A stretch of 63,653 nt of DNA, filler included, from Parasitella parasitica NRRL 2501 (lineage: Eukaryota; Fungi; Mucoromycota), in assembly GCA_025201805.1 (NCBI GenBank). It is 8 parts of 8 records of this genome, joined end to end, with 100 filler letters (N's around TTAATTAATTAA, not from the genome) between each part and the next. Parts side by side here need not be neighbours in the genome. Positions count along the whole stretch, not along the records: positions 1 to 25,475 come from MU619237.1; 7 more parts are not named here. One strand, 5' to 3'. A program made the position numbers and the translations under genes. The notes below the pieces were generated by a model. That model did no database searches. It saw only the letters and a program-made list of their open reading frames with translations, and had not been told where the DNA came from. This document shows positions 1 to 14,246 of this stretch, piece by piece. Position 1 is the stretch's first letter; each line of letters starts with the position of its first letter.

Positions 1-210
1 TTAAATTGAACCAAGAAAAAAACTCTTTGAATCTGTTCGGTATAGTTCCACAGTTGTGTTCGTGTCCCGTATTCTCTTATGTGTCCCATTTTCATGTTGA
101 TGTCCCACTTTCATATTAACGTCCCATTTTCGTATTCGTGACCCATTTTTGTAATCGTGTCTCAACTCAATTTGGAAATGACCAAAATTTATTTTCATTG
201 GCCCAACCTA
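1..210. mobile_element. Possible hAT-type transposon end with subterminal repeats
   Basis: About 5 copies of a GTCCC(A/G)YTTT-like motif at 62-150, ending in GGCCCAACCTA (reverse complement TAGGTTGGGCC, a hAT-like TAGG terminus). The partner end is not in the window. Confidence 0.3.
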
Positions 211-459
211 GTTTCGTCAACAGTAACGTTAAGTACCGGATTTTTCATTCAAAAACAAGAAAATCAAAACTTTTCTGAGATAGTCACTGTTTTAAACTGT
301 GAAAGTTAAGGTTACAAAAAATATGATCATTATTATGCAAACATGCATTTAGAGCCTAAGCAAGTCCATAAAAAGCCTTGAATACAGTATACATTTATTC
401 TTCAAATTTTTTATACTACCATACTGTCTCTATTACCCAATATCCATCAATAACTAAGC

Positions 460-943
460 ATGCCAGCCACTAGAAAAACCTCTTCTGACACTACCAAAGA
501 GACCCGAGTCTCATCTCCAATTCAGAAGCGAAAGAATAGAGTGATTGATAAGCATCTAAAAGAAATCATCATTGAAAAATTCTTCGATGATGATTTAAGC
601 AAAGCACAAGTAGCAAAGTTGTTCAAGCTTAATTGGAGTACTGTAGATGGTATTATTGAGCGTTATGTTGAGCGAGGAAGTTTGGCAAAATTTGCCAAGA
701 GGAGGAAGAAAAGAAAAGCTTGTTAAACTTAGGGGAGAGCATTCTGAATTGCTAAATGAGATATTGGACGAAGACTGTCAATTGACATTAGGAATAATGA
801 AGAACATGCTGTTGGAGAGGTTCCCTGATCTTGTTGAAAAGGGAATATCTATTCCACAACTCCACCGACATATTCATCAAAACATAGGCTTTACTTTGAA
901 GAGAACAAAACCTATTGAAGAGAAGAGAAACTCCCTGAAGTAA
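460..943 (+). pseudogene. Tc1/mariner (IS630-like) transposase 5' fragment, frameshifted and truncated before the DDE domain
   Basis: HTH (SKAQVAKLFKLNWSTVDGII), then after a 1-nt frameshift near 685 LPRGG..KL and a second HTH (CQLTL..M...L...ISIPQLHRHI..NIGFTLKRTKPIEEKRNS). This layout is typical of IS630/Tc1 transposases. Confidence 0.7.
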
Positions 944-1989
944 TCAAAAGTAGATCGTATCTATAACGAAAATTTAAAGCGGAAATATGACCAGTTAGTT
1001 GAATTGACGAATGCTGAAGAAACTACAACTCCAATGGAAGAGCCTGATGAAATAACCCTCACAGACCAAAGCCACAATCAACTGTCGACCTCCTTGTTAA
1101 TTACCTTTGTGGATAATTATAAGAAAGAGATAACTGGACGAACGAACTGGGGTCATTGCTGGGAATTGGGTAAAAAGGAAGGGCTATTTATCTTGGTCAT
1201 GTTGGTTTTTTTACGTACTGTCTCCATACTAAATACCATTTCTACTTCATGCTATACCGTATTATGACATCAAAATCGATTTATGTACTTTTCGTAAAAG
1301 TTTAACTAGAGAACATTAAAAAATTAGTAGCTATGTTCCTCTTCAATAAAATCATGTAAGTTTCATCGTATAACCCCAAACACAACCATCCGCCTTTTTC
1401 TTTAGTGTTACTTTACATACTGTTAAATCTGAAAGACATTATGTGTAAAAATATAAGACTTTTTAAAATTAAACAGGCAGGCCTGAATAATAAGATTGCT
1501 GTATCTGACGTAACGGAAGACAAAAAGACACAATAAAAGTAATAAGGGATAAAAAAAACTAATATAGAATCACCTAACCTGATAGTAAAAAGAACTTGAT
1601 TCTTTATTTATAATTCAAAACTAGGTATCTTGACAGGCATCTGTGATTCTGAGTGTAAGGGTGTCTGTTGACTTTGGATCACAAACCTTTGATTGGATTG
1701 TAGATAAACACATTTGTGTCCTTGCGATTCCACAAATTTCTAAACAGATAGTTTTTTGAATGGATGTGTTATCCTGGTGGCAGATTGTTTCCTTTCTCTA
1801 GCATTTTCTTATACCCTCAGTTGACCTGGCGTCTTCTAGTGTATATGGTCTTGCCAGACAAGTACCTAGCTGGGTTCTCTATATTCAGTTACACAGTAGA
1901 ACAGCTAATCAAACCTGTACTATCTTTTCCATGATATTGGAATGGTTCAAAAGTGTGTCTTTGTAAAGACAGCGTAGATTTTAATCGCC

Positions 1990-2021
<32 letters not shown>

Positions 2022-5000
2022 NNNNNNNNNNTACGCGAACTTCAGTGCGATATTGTCAGATAAAAGACAAAAACTGTAAGAAAACAATGTTTAGCGATCT
2101 CAAACACAAAAAAAAAGTAATTCAAGTAATAAATTGGACTATAAGGCACCTTTTAATCATATATTTGCATAGCTTAGAACAAGTTTTTGTACTTTTAGGT
2201 TGACATCAGATGAAGATAGCGACTTTCCTGACTTTTTTCGGAAAAGTATTTTTCAAAATCAGAGCGTTGGATCTTCAGGCGAGTTAGAGAAATTCAAGTA
2301 CTACCATTAGGAAGCCAAGAAGCACACCATTTAAATAAACTAGGTTGCAATTGTTTTTTGCTTGAATTGGGTAATTAATCGATTCTCAAAAATAATGCTC
2401 TCTTAAAAAAAAAGCACCATTTTTCTTTGATAGCGGAAATTAAAACCGTCCAAAATCAGGAAGGGAAAATTCTTTCAGAAACTCCATTTGGACAATTAGA
2501 AAACAAAATTACTTCTTTGAGGCAAGATATCATCTTCCGTTACTATGCACACCACGGCTGTCAATCTATGATAATGGCTGTATAGTTGGGCACGCTACAC
2601 GATAGTGTTATTTTCATAATCCCCGTATGCCTATGGAAGGAATTCTGCCGAAAAACCTTTAAAACAGATTAGGAGGGAAAAGTCAACATTTTGCTTAATC
2701 AGAGCGCATTTCCAGTCTTTCAGATCAAGGAATGACCTTTTGTGATCATTTTCCTCTAATATATGATATAGTAAAAAGTTACATTTTTGAGGCCAAAATC
2801 GAGGATAATGCATAATCAATGATTTTGGATGCGTGGATACAAGGAAAAAAGTGAAAAAAATCCGTCATTTTGCATCGAAAAAAAAATCATACTCAAATTG
2901 TACCAAAATCATATATAATATAGTTTTTTCCCGATGGATACTATTTCTGGTGTTTTCAGGGCACTTTCAATTATTAAAATCAATCAAAAAATGGCACACG
3001 AAGGTAAATTTCTTGCTTTTAAGCTGCATTTCTTGCTTTTAAGCTGTAAAAAATATCTACTTAGAGATGATATCACGTCGACATCAATTCTAGTACGCAA
3101 TACAGCTCTATAAAGTATGTATTTTTAATACCACAAGTATACCTTTCCTCATAGTTATGAAATCAAACAAGTGTGGCCCATCGAGTTGGATAATTAATGG
3201 ATACAATGTTTTGCTGTAATAACCCCTAGCTATTTGTGAATAATTCAAAAGTTGCTAATTGCTAGTGACAGAGGAGACCTGTTACCATTGTTGCTTATAA
3301 TAATGATTATTCCCAGATCAAAAGTTCCTTTTTTTTTGTAAATCTAATGCTAAACATGTAAAATAGAGGTGAGAATTGTGGTTGAGGATGATTTTACGAA
3401 CAAAACTTATAGGCTTCTGGTAGATTTTAAGTTCCAGGTTCCAGGTTCCAGGCTCCAAGCACTGCACTGTAGAATATCAAATTCTGAATAGGGGATAATT
3501 TGCTATACTAAACACATTTTTGTACACCAACTCGTCCGTTAGAACGAGTCCCGACTGTGTATTCTTTACTTGATCTTGGATAAGCGGACTTAACTCAACA
3601 TATGAAAAATAAAATGATAATTATGTGAAGTTGTAAAAATAGAGATTTTCATTTGCTTTAATATGCTATGATTTTTTAACAGACATATAATAAAAGGAGA
3701 AAATAGAATAAAATGGTTGGCTTTAACTTAGATTCAGGGATAAACTGCCATTGTGTAAATGCATAGTTTGACCGATACTTACAACTCAATACCTTATTAG
3801 TATGTGCGCTTTGATGGTTTGTAAGGTTGTAATTTAGTTTAGATATCTTTGCAATCCTATAGACTTGCCTAAATATTTGGGCTTATTCAGATGTTTAGTA
3901 TCTAACGGATATATCTTGAATAATTTACCAACATTTTAAACATTGTGGCATTCAAACAATTTTGTGTTTTGGCCCGCTGGTGATTGTTCAGTTACAGTTC
4001 CTAAGGTACATGTCAATAGTGTTGGTAAAAGATTTTTATTGTATTGAAAAATGGGATAATAAAAAACCCAAATCGCCATTCATTTAAAAATACCTATTGC
4101 TTCTGCAATATGGCTGTTTTTTAATACTTCCTGTCCCTACTTGAAATATTTTCTGGAAAACATTTCCTTCTCTCAGAAATAAAAGGTTTGTTGACAGAAA
4201 CCCTAATATATATTATTACATGTGACATTTATAATATACTTGAGATTTTTTTTCAAAAACCATGAAAAGACTGCATGTACATTGCGAATCACAATTAGCG
4301 CACATGTATCCAGAATATGCTGAAATTCAGCATTATGATAGAGCTTATGCTCTACTTCAATCTGATGTTATACGGTACGCGCTTTACTTGAGTTATTCTC
4401 GTAATGATTATTGGCTGGTTATCCATCATGCAAGATCAGCCCACACATCTGTACGCTTAATGCTCAATGTGATGATTCTAGGTTGTAGATGAAGTCGAGT
4501 ATTCAATGTGAATAACACAGATATAGATAAGTGTATTGGTTTCAATAATATTACTAAATAATAGCTGGAATACTAATTGTGGATTCTTGTGAGGTCGGAT
4601 TTCATCTGATCATATAGAGTGAGTGTAAGTTTAGGTATACTTATAATATTGAAACATTGAGAGTTGCCTATAAGAATAAGTGGTATTTAAATATGTAGCA
4701 TGATACAACCCATAACCACTATAGTTTGTTTGTAGCAATCTATTCTACGTTGTTGCTAATAATCAAAAAACCCTACATATCTCATTCCGTTTACTCGTAA
4801 TATATATAATACATACATTTTTGCCTTTTTTCTCTTTCATAATCTTTTCATTGATTATCTTATTTTTTTTTTTAATTCTTTCACTACTTACAAGAAGAAT
4901 GTAATCTAAAGGGATTTAGAAGAAGTGTCAACTCATCTGTCATTTCGATCAGTAACAACGGTAACATCAGTAACAACGGTAACAACGGTATCATAGTCAT

Positions 5001-6959
5001 GGCCCTCTTTTAATTCCTGTGAATTAGCCAGACCTCGTCTCTCCCCAAGAATCTTATCTATGAAAATGTCATCTCTCCTAACTCTGCCACCAATAACCAA
5101 ACTTATCATGTGATATTTGACGATTATTTCAATGGTAAAAGTAAAAGTATTTTTTTTGTATACAATAAACGTAAATTGAACTTTATATAGTCTTTGCTTT
5201 CTTCGTTACTTAAGAGTTTTGGTTTTGAACAGTTATTGTTTTCATGAACCTTTATCCTTTTCTAGACTACTATACTAGATGTCTTGGTAAATCTCTAGCT
5301 TTAGTCGTTAATGATTCGATGATACATCGTTGAAGTTATTGGAATCGAACATTACTTGTGGGAAAACAAACCAGAGCATTTTGGGAAAAAGAATAATTAA
5401 GTAAACACTTGAAAAAATTGGGTATATTATATGAAGTAAGAATCTCATATAAAGTTGATAAGAAATAAGAAAAGAGAAAATTTATAGTTATGTCTAACTA
5501 TTTAGAAGCAGAGTTGAGAGAGATGGCATTATCATGGATATAATTTTTGGGGAGAGACGAGGATTTAGAGGAAAAATGTGATTACTATGAAATGCTAGTG
5601 AACTATGCTTTTCGCTAACTCTAACATCCCTGCCCAAAAGTCGTTGATATCATTGTTTCGTAGCACCTAAATAAAAACATTAGACACATACTTCACCGTT
5701 TAGGAGAAAGAAAAAAAACCTACACTAAAGTTTAAATTAATGATCATTTTTGACCATCGAGAGAGAAGCTGTTTTAGAATTAACTGCAAGGTTTACTGTC
5801 TCTTTGTATTCTTTAATGGCTATTGCCTTGTTCTAGAAGGAGTATTTGCCTTGAATAAATAAATGTGGAAGACCATTATATTGGAATAATTTACTTCATG
5901 TCATTGAGTGTAATTCCTAAGTAAAATTACATAATTTGATGGTTATTTAACTACGAGTAAACCACTCAATTGAAAAAAAAATTCACTTTAAAGCCTTTCA
6001 ATAGATGGTTTGTTAATCTTGTGTCTCGCTTTTCGACTAGACCACTTCTTTTAGCGTAGAAGCTCTTTTGTGAAAAAAGTGTGAAGCTTCTCAATAATTC
6101 GTAGTCAACGGAGGAAGTGCTAAACACTTGTAGGTTACATGAATTACATTAATCGATTTATAAACTAAGTACTGCTCAATCAGTGAGTTATAAACTGGAT
6201 TTTCTTTGCTTTGAAGCTGCAAGTTTAACCAAGCCTCTCTTAAATTGCTCAATTTAGGTTTATTGTAAAACATTTGCATTACTTCATATCTATTCGCAGG
6301 GCACGACCGTTAAGGCCTCCCAAGCTGGAGATGCCATGGTATTTAATGTCTTCAGAGTTCATTAGGCAAGCCAAATATTGCAGAATCTACTCTGACCGGA
6401 GATTCTAGCTGCCAGAAGCTCTGCTTAGGTGTCTTTTGCAACATCGAAAAGCAGCTTTCATATTTGCTGACCTTTACAAGGTATTTGAGTAATTGGCAAT
6501 TTTTCAGCAACCTCAATTCTTGTCATAGCTTTGAAGCCATAACTATAAAACGTGCCACTGGACTGTGAGGCTCCAGTTTATTTAACGTTCAATAAGAAAA
6601 CGCTTTCAAAAGCTGAAATAGTCAAACTTAATTAAAATCGACAATGCTCTGTGTTGTACTTCTAGCAATAAAATACCCATACTATACTTTTTATATGTGT
6701 ATACTTAAAATCTTATCAAGCCTCATCATCATCTTGTCACCAAAGAATAACTTATAAAAAAAAACGAAGCATTAAGTTGCATGATATACCAGCCTCTTGT
6801 TATTTCCAACCACAGACAAAGTAACCTTTTATCCAAAATACAAATACCTACCTGTGCTTGACCTTTATGGAAATGGGGCTACGAAGACTCTTAAAGTATT
6901 CTACATAGTATTACTACTTCAACTTGAAACAGCATTAAACATTTGGCATAATTTAACCA

Positions 6960-7100
6960 ATTTTTCAGTATCAATGGGCGCATTATCCATGGCTAGGCAA
7001 AACTCTCATTTATTTGAATACTTTGTTGAAGTAAACAATAAATGATTTCTGCTTGCTGCCATACTCATGGTAGTCCCCTCGTTCTCTTCTAGAAAAATAT
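6960..7100 (-). pseudogene. Possible Tc1/mariner DDE remnant
   Basis: Minus strand reads EGTT...NHLLF...*EFCLAMDNAPID, resembling the GT..HYL.F...VMDNAPIH second-aspartate motif. Very degenerate. Confidence 0.3.
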
Positions 7101-10077
7101 GATGGTGGGGTTCTTGACGCAAATATTTTTGAGCAGTAATTGTTGGTTGTTTAAAAATAAGTATCGTAATACTCTGTGTGAAGATTACCAAAGAAATACA
7201 TTTTCTACAATTCTGACAGTTCATATTCACATTTGCACTCTTGTTACTTTGAAAACTGTTGACGATAAAAAAGGCACTTCAGCTGGTAGTGTCCGAGCAG
7301 ATGCCCATTGAACAGAAGTGTGAGTAAGTTCTCCTCGCGCAGAAAATTTTCCAGAAAGCTACCTGCCAAACTGTATCAGTTATTCGTTCTTGATCCCGTT
7401 TTTTTGACAATTTTAAATCATATCACTCTTTTATATGCTTGATACTCAATTTTGAATCATATTAATTAAAAAAAAAAGTAATGTAATATACTATATTCTC
7501 TTCTGATATTTGAAGATGGATATTTTTGCATGAATGTAACTAATATGTATAAATATATAATTGGATTAATACCTTGTAAAATACTTGTTGTTGCAGCTGC
7601 ATTCATGGTGGTACAAACTTGGTTGATGTTACCTCATCGGAGCGTAATCTACATTTGAGTAAATAGTGCATTGCATACTTTATGTAAATACTAATATGGC
7701 TCATCCGAAAGCTTTTTTGCTTTTATATATATGCAAAAGAAGGATCTTTCCCTGTTAGTTTGACATGGTTTGGTACGAGGGCCATCACTGGGATCTATTT
7801 AATAAATCAATTGGATCTTTAACATGTTTTACAAGCAGAAATCCAACTTTGATACTTATGCCCTTAATGACAATACATAAAAGCAGCATATCCCCTCCTC
7901 ACAAGACATTTCTTATGATACGAATCTGACCTCATGGATGACCACAACATACAAGTCGAGAAGGAATGTTCTAAAATCACTCAAATGTACATCAGAACGA
8001 AACTGTACATAGTATTTCCATAAAATATAGGGATCATAATATTCTGAAAAGAATGTTTATACACTTGTGATGTGAAACTTTTTAGACCGACTATAGAAAG
8101 CTCCCTAAATGCAATATAATAGATGGCTTGCTGGTTTATTGTCTCGCCCTGTGATCCTCCTGCCAATATATATACATCAGCTCCTTTATACAATGATAGG
8201 ACAGGCATTAATGTTTATTCTACTCCTCCTCATCTGTGGTTATATATTTTATGAGCCTATTCATTGTTTCCCCCCCCCCTTTCTTATGCTAATATATTGC
8301 TCTGAGCTTTCTCTCATTTTCTTCCTCCCCCACTCCCCTCACCTCCTCTTCCCTTTTTTCTTTTCATCTTCTCAATTATAGCAGACAAAATATTTCTGCC
8401 GTAGTCATCGCCGCCGCCGCCGCCTCTTTTCCTTTAGAGATTAATGAATTGAGTACATTTTTGTACAATATTTATTTATATGTACGACCCAGATCAAACG
8501 CTATAATAAACATATACCTAATGCGCTAGATACGGTAATACTTTAACAATTTGTCGATCTTTTTTATGATTGTGTGGGCCCATTGTATTTGATAACCATT
8601 TTATAATACATTTTCCATCGTCATAAATAATATAGCTACCTTTGGAAATCAGGTTCTAAAACGCGCAATTTTACATATCAAACCTGTTGAAACATCAGGA
8701 ACAGCCACTGCAACCCATACATACATATACAGATTAGCAACAACTTTTTTCTCGTTTCACCTTGCTTTTTTTTTTTTTTATTGAGCCCTTAGTTTTTGTT
8801 TTTAACAGTTTTTGTTAGAACAATAACTTTTTTTTTATGGTATTGTATACACAACATTCCATAAAGAGAGGGAGTTATGTATATGTATATGAACTATGAT
8901 TCATTGATCAAGCACAACCAGATAAATCTTGAATATGCCATTTCTCAACATTTGTGCCTTTTTCTTCCAGCTTGGCGAAAATAAATGTATTTATATGGTA
9001 ATCTCCTTTAACACGCTCCTTTTTTTTTTACGATAAATAGTGTCTAACAACTTATCGTTTCATTGTTTAGCGTATTCTAAATGCTGAACTAAACAAGTTT
9101 ACATGTCATATTGTCGGATCTTAACCGAATAATGGACCAAGAAAGATTTTCATACATTTTGCCCAAACTAAATGCGCCTCGCGATAATTGTGTATAACAT
9201 GCACTGCCGGAAAGCCATAGAAGCATCTCCACTTGATATTACAACCAAATCATGTCAATATTAGAACTTGAAAGGTATACGATTATGAATATGCAATTGG
9301 GCTAGGTCCATTGCTGATTCAATTAATGATCTGACTGTATCATACGGATGCTTCGTATGCATATATACGCTTTCATAATGCATGTTCCGATGATATTATA
9401 CGTAACAGGGCACATGAGATACAATCTATTGAATATAATAAGCATTCAATTCGCTATTCACTACTCACTACAGTGTGTCCATTATACGCACTTAAGGAGA
9501 TGATGAAGGATGGTATCAAATATAGATAGGAGTTTGCTGTAATCAAGTTTCTAAAGGGGCGGTTTTTTCCTTTATCATGTATCCATACATGACACTTTTC
9601 AAAATCTTGATTTAACCATATTTTTTTTTATATACAAGGCAAATACAAAAATCATTCTTTCAACTTGGTAGCATAAATAAACAACAATAACAACAAATGT
9701 AAATTTTTGCATGAATTTAAATAAGCAGGGGGAGGCTCTTTATATATATATTTATGGAGATAAAATGTGATTATGTATAGATATACATGAAAGAAAGCAC
9801 AAAAATTGCCACCAACACAGCTTATAGGAGTTGACATTATCGAAGAAGGGATTCGGATTCATGCCGCTCCTCTCTCTTGTACTCGCAATATTTCTCCTGC
9901 TTATATAAGTGAAAAAAAAAGGGGGGGGAGCCTTTCTTCTAAAATTCCCCTTTTGAAAGTAAACAAATCACAAAAAATATTATAAATATGCCTCAGTTAT
10001 TCTACATGTTTGCTCTTCTCTCTTTTTCCCTCTTTCTTTTGTTTTTCAAATAGTTTCTTTTTTTCTTTCAAAATAAA

Positions 10078-10665
10078 ATGCATCCACTTGTACATTCACC
10101 CACACAAACAACATTAAAATCAAAATGGCACAGTTTCAAGACATGGTTTACACCTGATTTAACAAAGAGACGCCCATCACAATGCAGTACAACATCAGCT
10201 ACATCAACCACATCTACGAACAGCACGGCAGCAAGCTGCTGCTGCCACCACGATGACTCGCTATTCATACCATTACACACAAAGAGACCTTCTTTGACTG
10301 GATCAGAGGGGTTGGGCATCGTTGTTGATAAATGCATGTCACCTTTTCGAAGAAGACCATCAAACGCTTCATCCGAAATGTCAATGATAAACACACAAAA
10401 GGAGACTGAGAAAGTCTACGAATTATACAACCTAGCCATGGATGAATTAAATTATGCGGAAGATTCAAGAGGATCGCCTTACTACTCGGGTGATCGAATT
10501 GCAGCCAAAGAGGCCATTGAAAACTGCGAACAATCTTATTCACTATTATTAGCGCGAAAAGACCATAAAGATGAGCATTTGAAAGCGACAATTGGATTCA
10601 AAATATCAACATTGAGATTAAAATATGAATCCTTGCCATTACAGGATGATCAACTATCGTTTTAA
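10078..10665 (+). CDS. Hypothetical protein (195 aa), Ser/Thr-rich N-terminus and helical C-terminus
   Basis: Clean ATG-to-stop ORF after a pyrimidine-rich leader, with protein-like composition. No recognised family. Confidence 0.7.
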   Translation: MHPLVHSPTQTTLKSKWHSFKTWFTPDLTKRRPSQCSTTSATSTTSTNSTAASCCCHHDDSLFIPLHTKRPSLTGSEGLGIVVDKCMSPFRRRPSNASSEMSMINTQKETEKVYELYNLAMDELNYAEDSRGSPYYSGDRIAAKEAIENCEQSYSLLLARKDHKDEHLKATIGFKISTLRLKYESLPLQDDQLSF

Positions 10666-10984
10666 AATTATTATTTATTTATTTATCCCCACATTCCCTT
10701 CACCAAGGTTACTTTATCGCAAAAAACTTATCTTTATACATATTACATTATACATACACTTTTATATCTTACATACTTGATCTCTCGCCTCGCTCTCTTG
10801 ATTATTATTATTATTATCGTTATTATCGCCATTATTATCAATGCTAGCTTTGAAACTTTCCCATTTTGTGACACATACAATGCTTTTATTTTAGCTTCAA
10901 AAATCTAACGTAACCTCACCTCTTTTTTTTTCTATTTTTTTTTTTTTTTTTTTAATCAAAAAAAAAAAAAAAAAAAAAAAAAAA

Positions 10985-11330
10985 ATGCTCGAGACGCTTC
11001 CAAGAGAAATTCTACTATATGATATTTTAAACTTGCTCGATAGTACCTCTTTAATTAAATTGTCGTTTGTTTCTAAATGTTTCTATCGTTTAGCGAATGA
11101 CGAATTTATTTGGAAAAAATTATGCGCTCAAGAATTTAATATTTCTCAAGACAATGCGTTTAGAAACAAGGGCTGGAAAAAGTTTTATCAGAGACTCAAA
11201 TATCATGCCAAAGTGCTTACATGGGGCGAGAACGCTGATGATCGTCTTGGTCTTGGCGATAAACCGGCTTATAACGTAGCTGCTCAAACAGATTTCATGC
11301 CAGCGAATCCTCGACTCAGGTAACTATGCC

Positions 11331-11369
<39 letters not shown>

Positions 11370-12646
11370 CAAAGAAAACCTCATACAAACAATACAAAAT
11401 AAGGATGCCTAGATTTACACAAAGATACCCGGCTCAAGTTACCGTGCCTCAAGAGGTTCTTTCTCTAGCAAATAAACACATCATCGATATCAGTTCAGGA
11501 GGATGGAGCTTCTATGCATTGGATATATCTGGATCTGTTTACATGTGGGGCACTGTAAGTATATAAGTCTAATGATACTTATCATCATTTACGTTTTACG
11601 CTGATACATTCTATCTCAGATGCAGGCAGATATTTCCTATAGAAGCTCTGTAGGTACAACGAGGCTTCGACTGCCTACATTGTTGCAGGAAAACAACCAA
11701 ACCCAGCAAAAGGTCCAGTTCCATAGCATCTCAAGCGGCCGAGGACATGCTATCGGCCTAGCCAGAGATGGATCAGTTTGGCATTGGTCCAATCATGTCA
11801 TGCTACAACGCGTAGAGCTGAATACGGACGATAGTATAGTGCAGGTGGCTGCGAACTGGAATTATTCGAGCGTGCTCACTAGCACTGGCAAAGTATACAC
11901 TGTACCGAAGCCTGATTTGATCATCCCATCCGAAATTGAAAACGAGCCTCAAGCTACACAAATAGTTACAAGTGGTATTTCGACAATGCAGTTATTGAAC
12001 GAGGAGGATATGATTGTCCAAATTGTCGGGTTAGATGGCTGGACATTGGCTTTGACCCAGTCTGGACGTGTGTTGAAGATCGCTACATTAGATCAAGATA
12101 AATTGAATAATCAGCCCATGGAATGCGTTGTGGAATTAACACATTTCAGCAGTGCAGGAAATGAGCATAACAGCCGCAAAAGTGTGATGCATAGATTTCT
12201 CACAGGCTCATTCAGAAATTTTGCTGTTTACACCAAAGATAAGGTCATGATTGGCAACGTTGATGCCACCAGCGACACGGAACCAACTCGATTGTCTGAA
12301 TTAGACAACCATGATGTCTGCAAAGTATCCTTTGGAGAGTGAGTTTGTTAAATAATGTACAATTTTATTTGTAATTTATGCTGCTTTTTATAGCTATCAT
12401 ACTGGCGCTTTGACAAGTCAGGGTAAACTACTAACTTGGGGCAACTATAGTTCTGGAGCATTAGGGCATGGAAATATTTCTCAAGAGTATCAGCCAATTC
12501 CAAAATGTGTCGAAGCGTTGAATGATAAATTTGTATTTGCTATTGGTTTTGGTGGATGGCAGAGTTCGGTACTGGCAATTACGAGGGTAGAGGATGATGA
12601 TGATGCTGCTGCTGCTGCTGTTGTCGATGGTATCAATTTGGATTAA
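10985..12646 (+). CDS. F-box plus RCC1-repeat protein (Saf1-like SCF substrate adaptor); exons approx 10985-11319, 11404-11554, 11620-12338, 12393-12646
   Basis: F-box (LETLPREIL..IL..LD...L..LS.VSK.F...NDEFIWK), RCC1-like repeats (VLTWGEN..RLG, SSGGWSFYALD..GSVYMWG, SFGDYHTGALT..GKLLTWG..GALG), and GT-AG introns that keep the frame. Confidence 0.85.
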
Positions 12647-12672
12647 AAGCTTTGTAAAAAAAAAAAAAGGCT

Positions 12673-13077
12673 CTATGCCAATTTACGTTTTCTACTCGAT
12701 TCTTTCTGTTTGCCTTTCTTGCTGGCATTAGATATGATTATATCATTGTATTCTTTTTGTCCAGCCTGATAAATCTGTTTTTTCTTCTTCACAAAATGCG
12801 CTTGCTGTCGATAATGAATGTCTCTTCCTCCTATTAATCGCACAGTTAAATTTAAAATGATGGGCCCTTCCTGAATCGAATAATCTTGAAATAAGTTATC
12901 ATTATCTGTCAAAATTCGGCCTCCCAATGATCTGATTTTTTGTTCTTCCACACTAAATGTTGTCGTTTTGGCTAATTTTTGCTTTAAATCGTAAACAGTG
13001 CAAGGCTCATTCGGCTGGAATCCGAGACAAAAGGGACCGAATCCTGAAAATGAATTGACAATGACTTGAAAGTACAT
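12673..13077 (-). CDS. Ubiquitin-like domain protein (Sde2-N-like) with diglycine and basic tail
   Basis: TV.DLKQKL....EQKI...GGRIL.D...L.....I.LNLTVRLIGG is a ubiquitin fold ending in GG, followed by a Lys-rich tail. Confidence 0.7.
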   Translation of the reverse strand: MYFQVIVNSFSGFGPFCLGFQPNEPCTVYDLKQKLAKTTTFSVEEQKIRSLGGRILTDNDNLFQDYSIQEGPIILNLTVRLIGGRDIHYRQQAHFVKKKKQIYQAGQKEYNDIIISNASKKGKQKESSRKRKLA

Positions 13078-13117
13078 TCAAAACTGTCGTCTTGTTCTTT
13101 TGATTCTTCTGATGATT

Positions 13118-13195
<78 letters not shown>

Positions 13196-14246
13196 CGCGT
13201 TTCTTTTATATTGGTTGTTTATGCTTGTAAGAGAAACACACGAAAAAAAAGGGTGAGGGGGGGGGGTGTCACTAACTGAAATGACGCAAGTTAGTTACAC
13301 ACTTTCTCCTTTCTCTTTCTATAGGAAATCAAATCTGAACAAGCATATAAACAATTGTTCAATAACATGATTCCTATTTTGGATTACAACAAAATAATAG
13401 CTGCATCAACGCCTAAAATCAACAACAAACATCTACATACGAGGCCAAATGAAAATTTATCAAATTAGTCGATTCGCAATCAATTGTTACATTGTTTAAG
13501 GTAACTTAGTTATGCATTTGAAAAAAATACAGCAGTTTTATACGAGCAACTTTTTAAATTACAAAAATTTGATGGATGTGTGTATTTCAATATAGTAAGA
13601 GTCATCAGATCTGATATAAAACCTAAACAGTTTTTAATTGTATTACTTGATTCGATCATGCTGTCCTTGTTCATAAAACCACCGCAGGTTCTAGGAAATC
13701 AATGTTGAATATCCCTATATTAAGAACTTTATATGCGCTATGAGCATCAACACAAATCGATTCATCTATATTATCACACACAAAAAATGCATATGTGTGA
13801 TCATTTTTCGGGGCACAACTATTTGTATTTTTTTACCATTATTATTCATAATAACTTCACCGAAGCTCAACCAAGTGGAAAAGAACCGCAATAATCAATT
13901 TGATAATCTTGAACCGAATGACACTAGTAATTGACAATGTGAAATAAAGAAAAAGAGTACAGCAATCGAAAGGTATTGACACTAGATTTATTATAACTCG
14001 AAAGCTCTTTTACATAACGAACAATTGCTATTTTTCCGTCAAGTATCGTCATGGCGAAGATAATTTATCATACTTTATTTGGTTTATTACCAAGTGACAT
14101 ATAATACGATGATATACCAAAATTTAACTGGAAATCACTAACTTTCATACAAAAAATGCATATAATCGCACATAAATCTTTGTAAAGAGCAAATCATGCC
14201 ATCTTTTATTTTTATTTGATACCGCTATGATCAGTGCTATATGATA

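Noticed and set aside
680-726. Possible programmed frameshift in the IS630/Tc1-like ORF pair
   Set aside because: The element is truncated before the DDE domain, so decay or a homopolymer error is the simpler explanation.
1620-1980. Minus-strand LWNRKDTN resembling a Fanzor RuvC-III motif
   Set aside because: No preceding DE.TS or zinc-finger cysteines; insufficient support.
13121-13195. Very long poly-T tract (similar A/T tracts elsewhere)
   Set aside because: Homopolymer lengths are unreliable, and such tracts are common in promoters and introns here.
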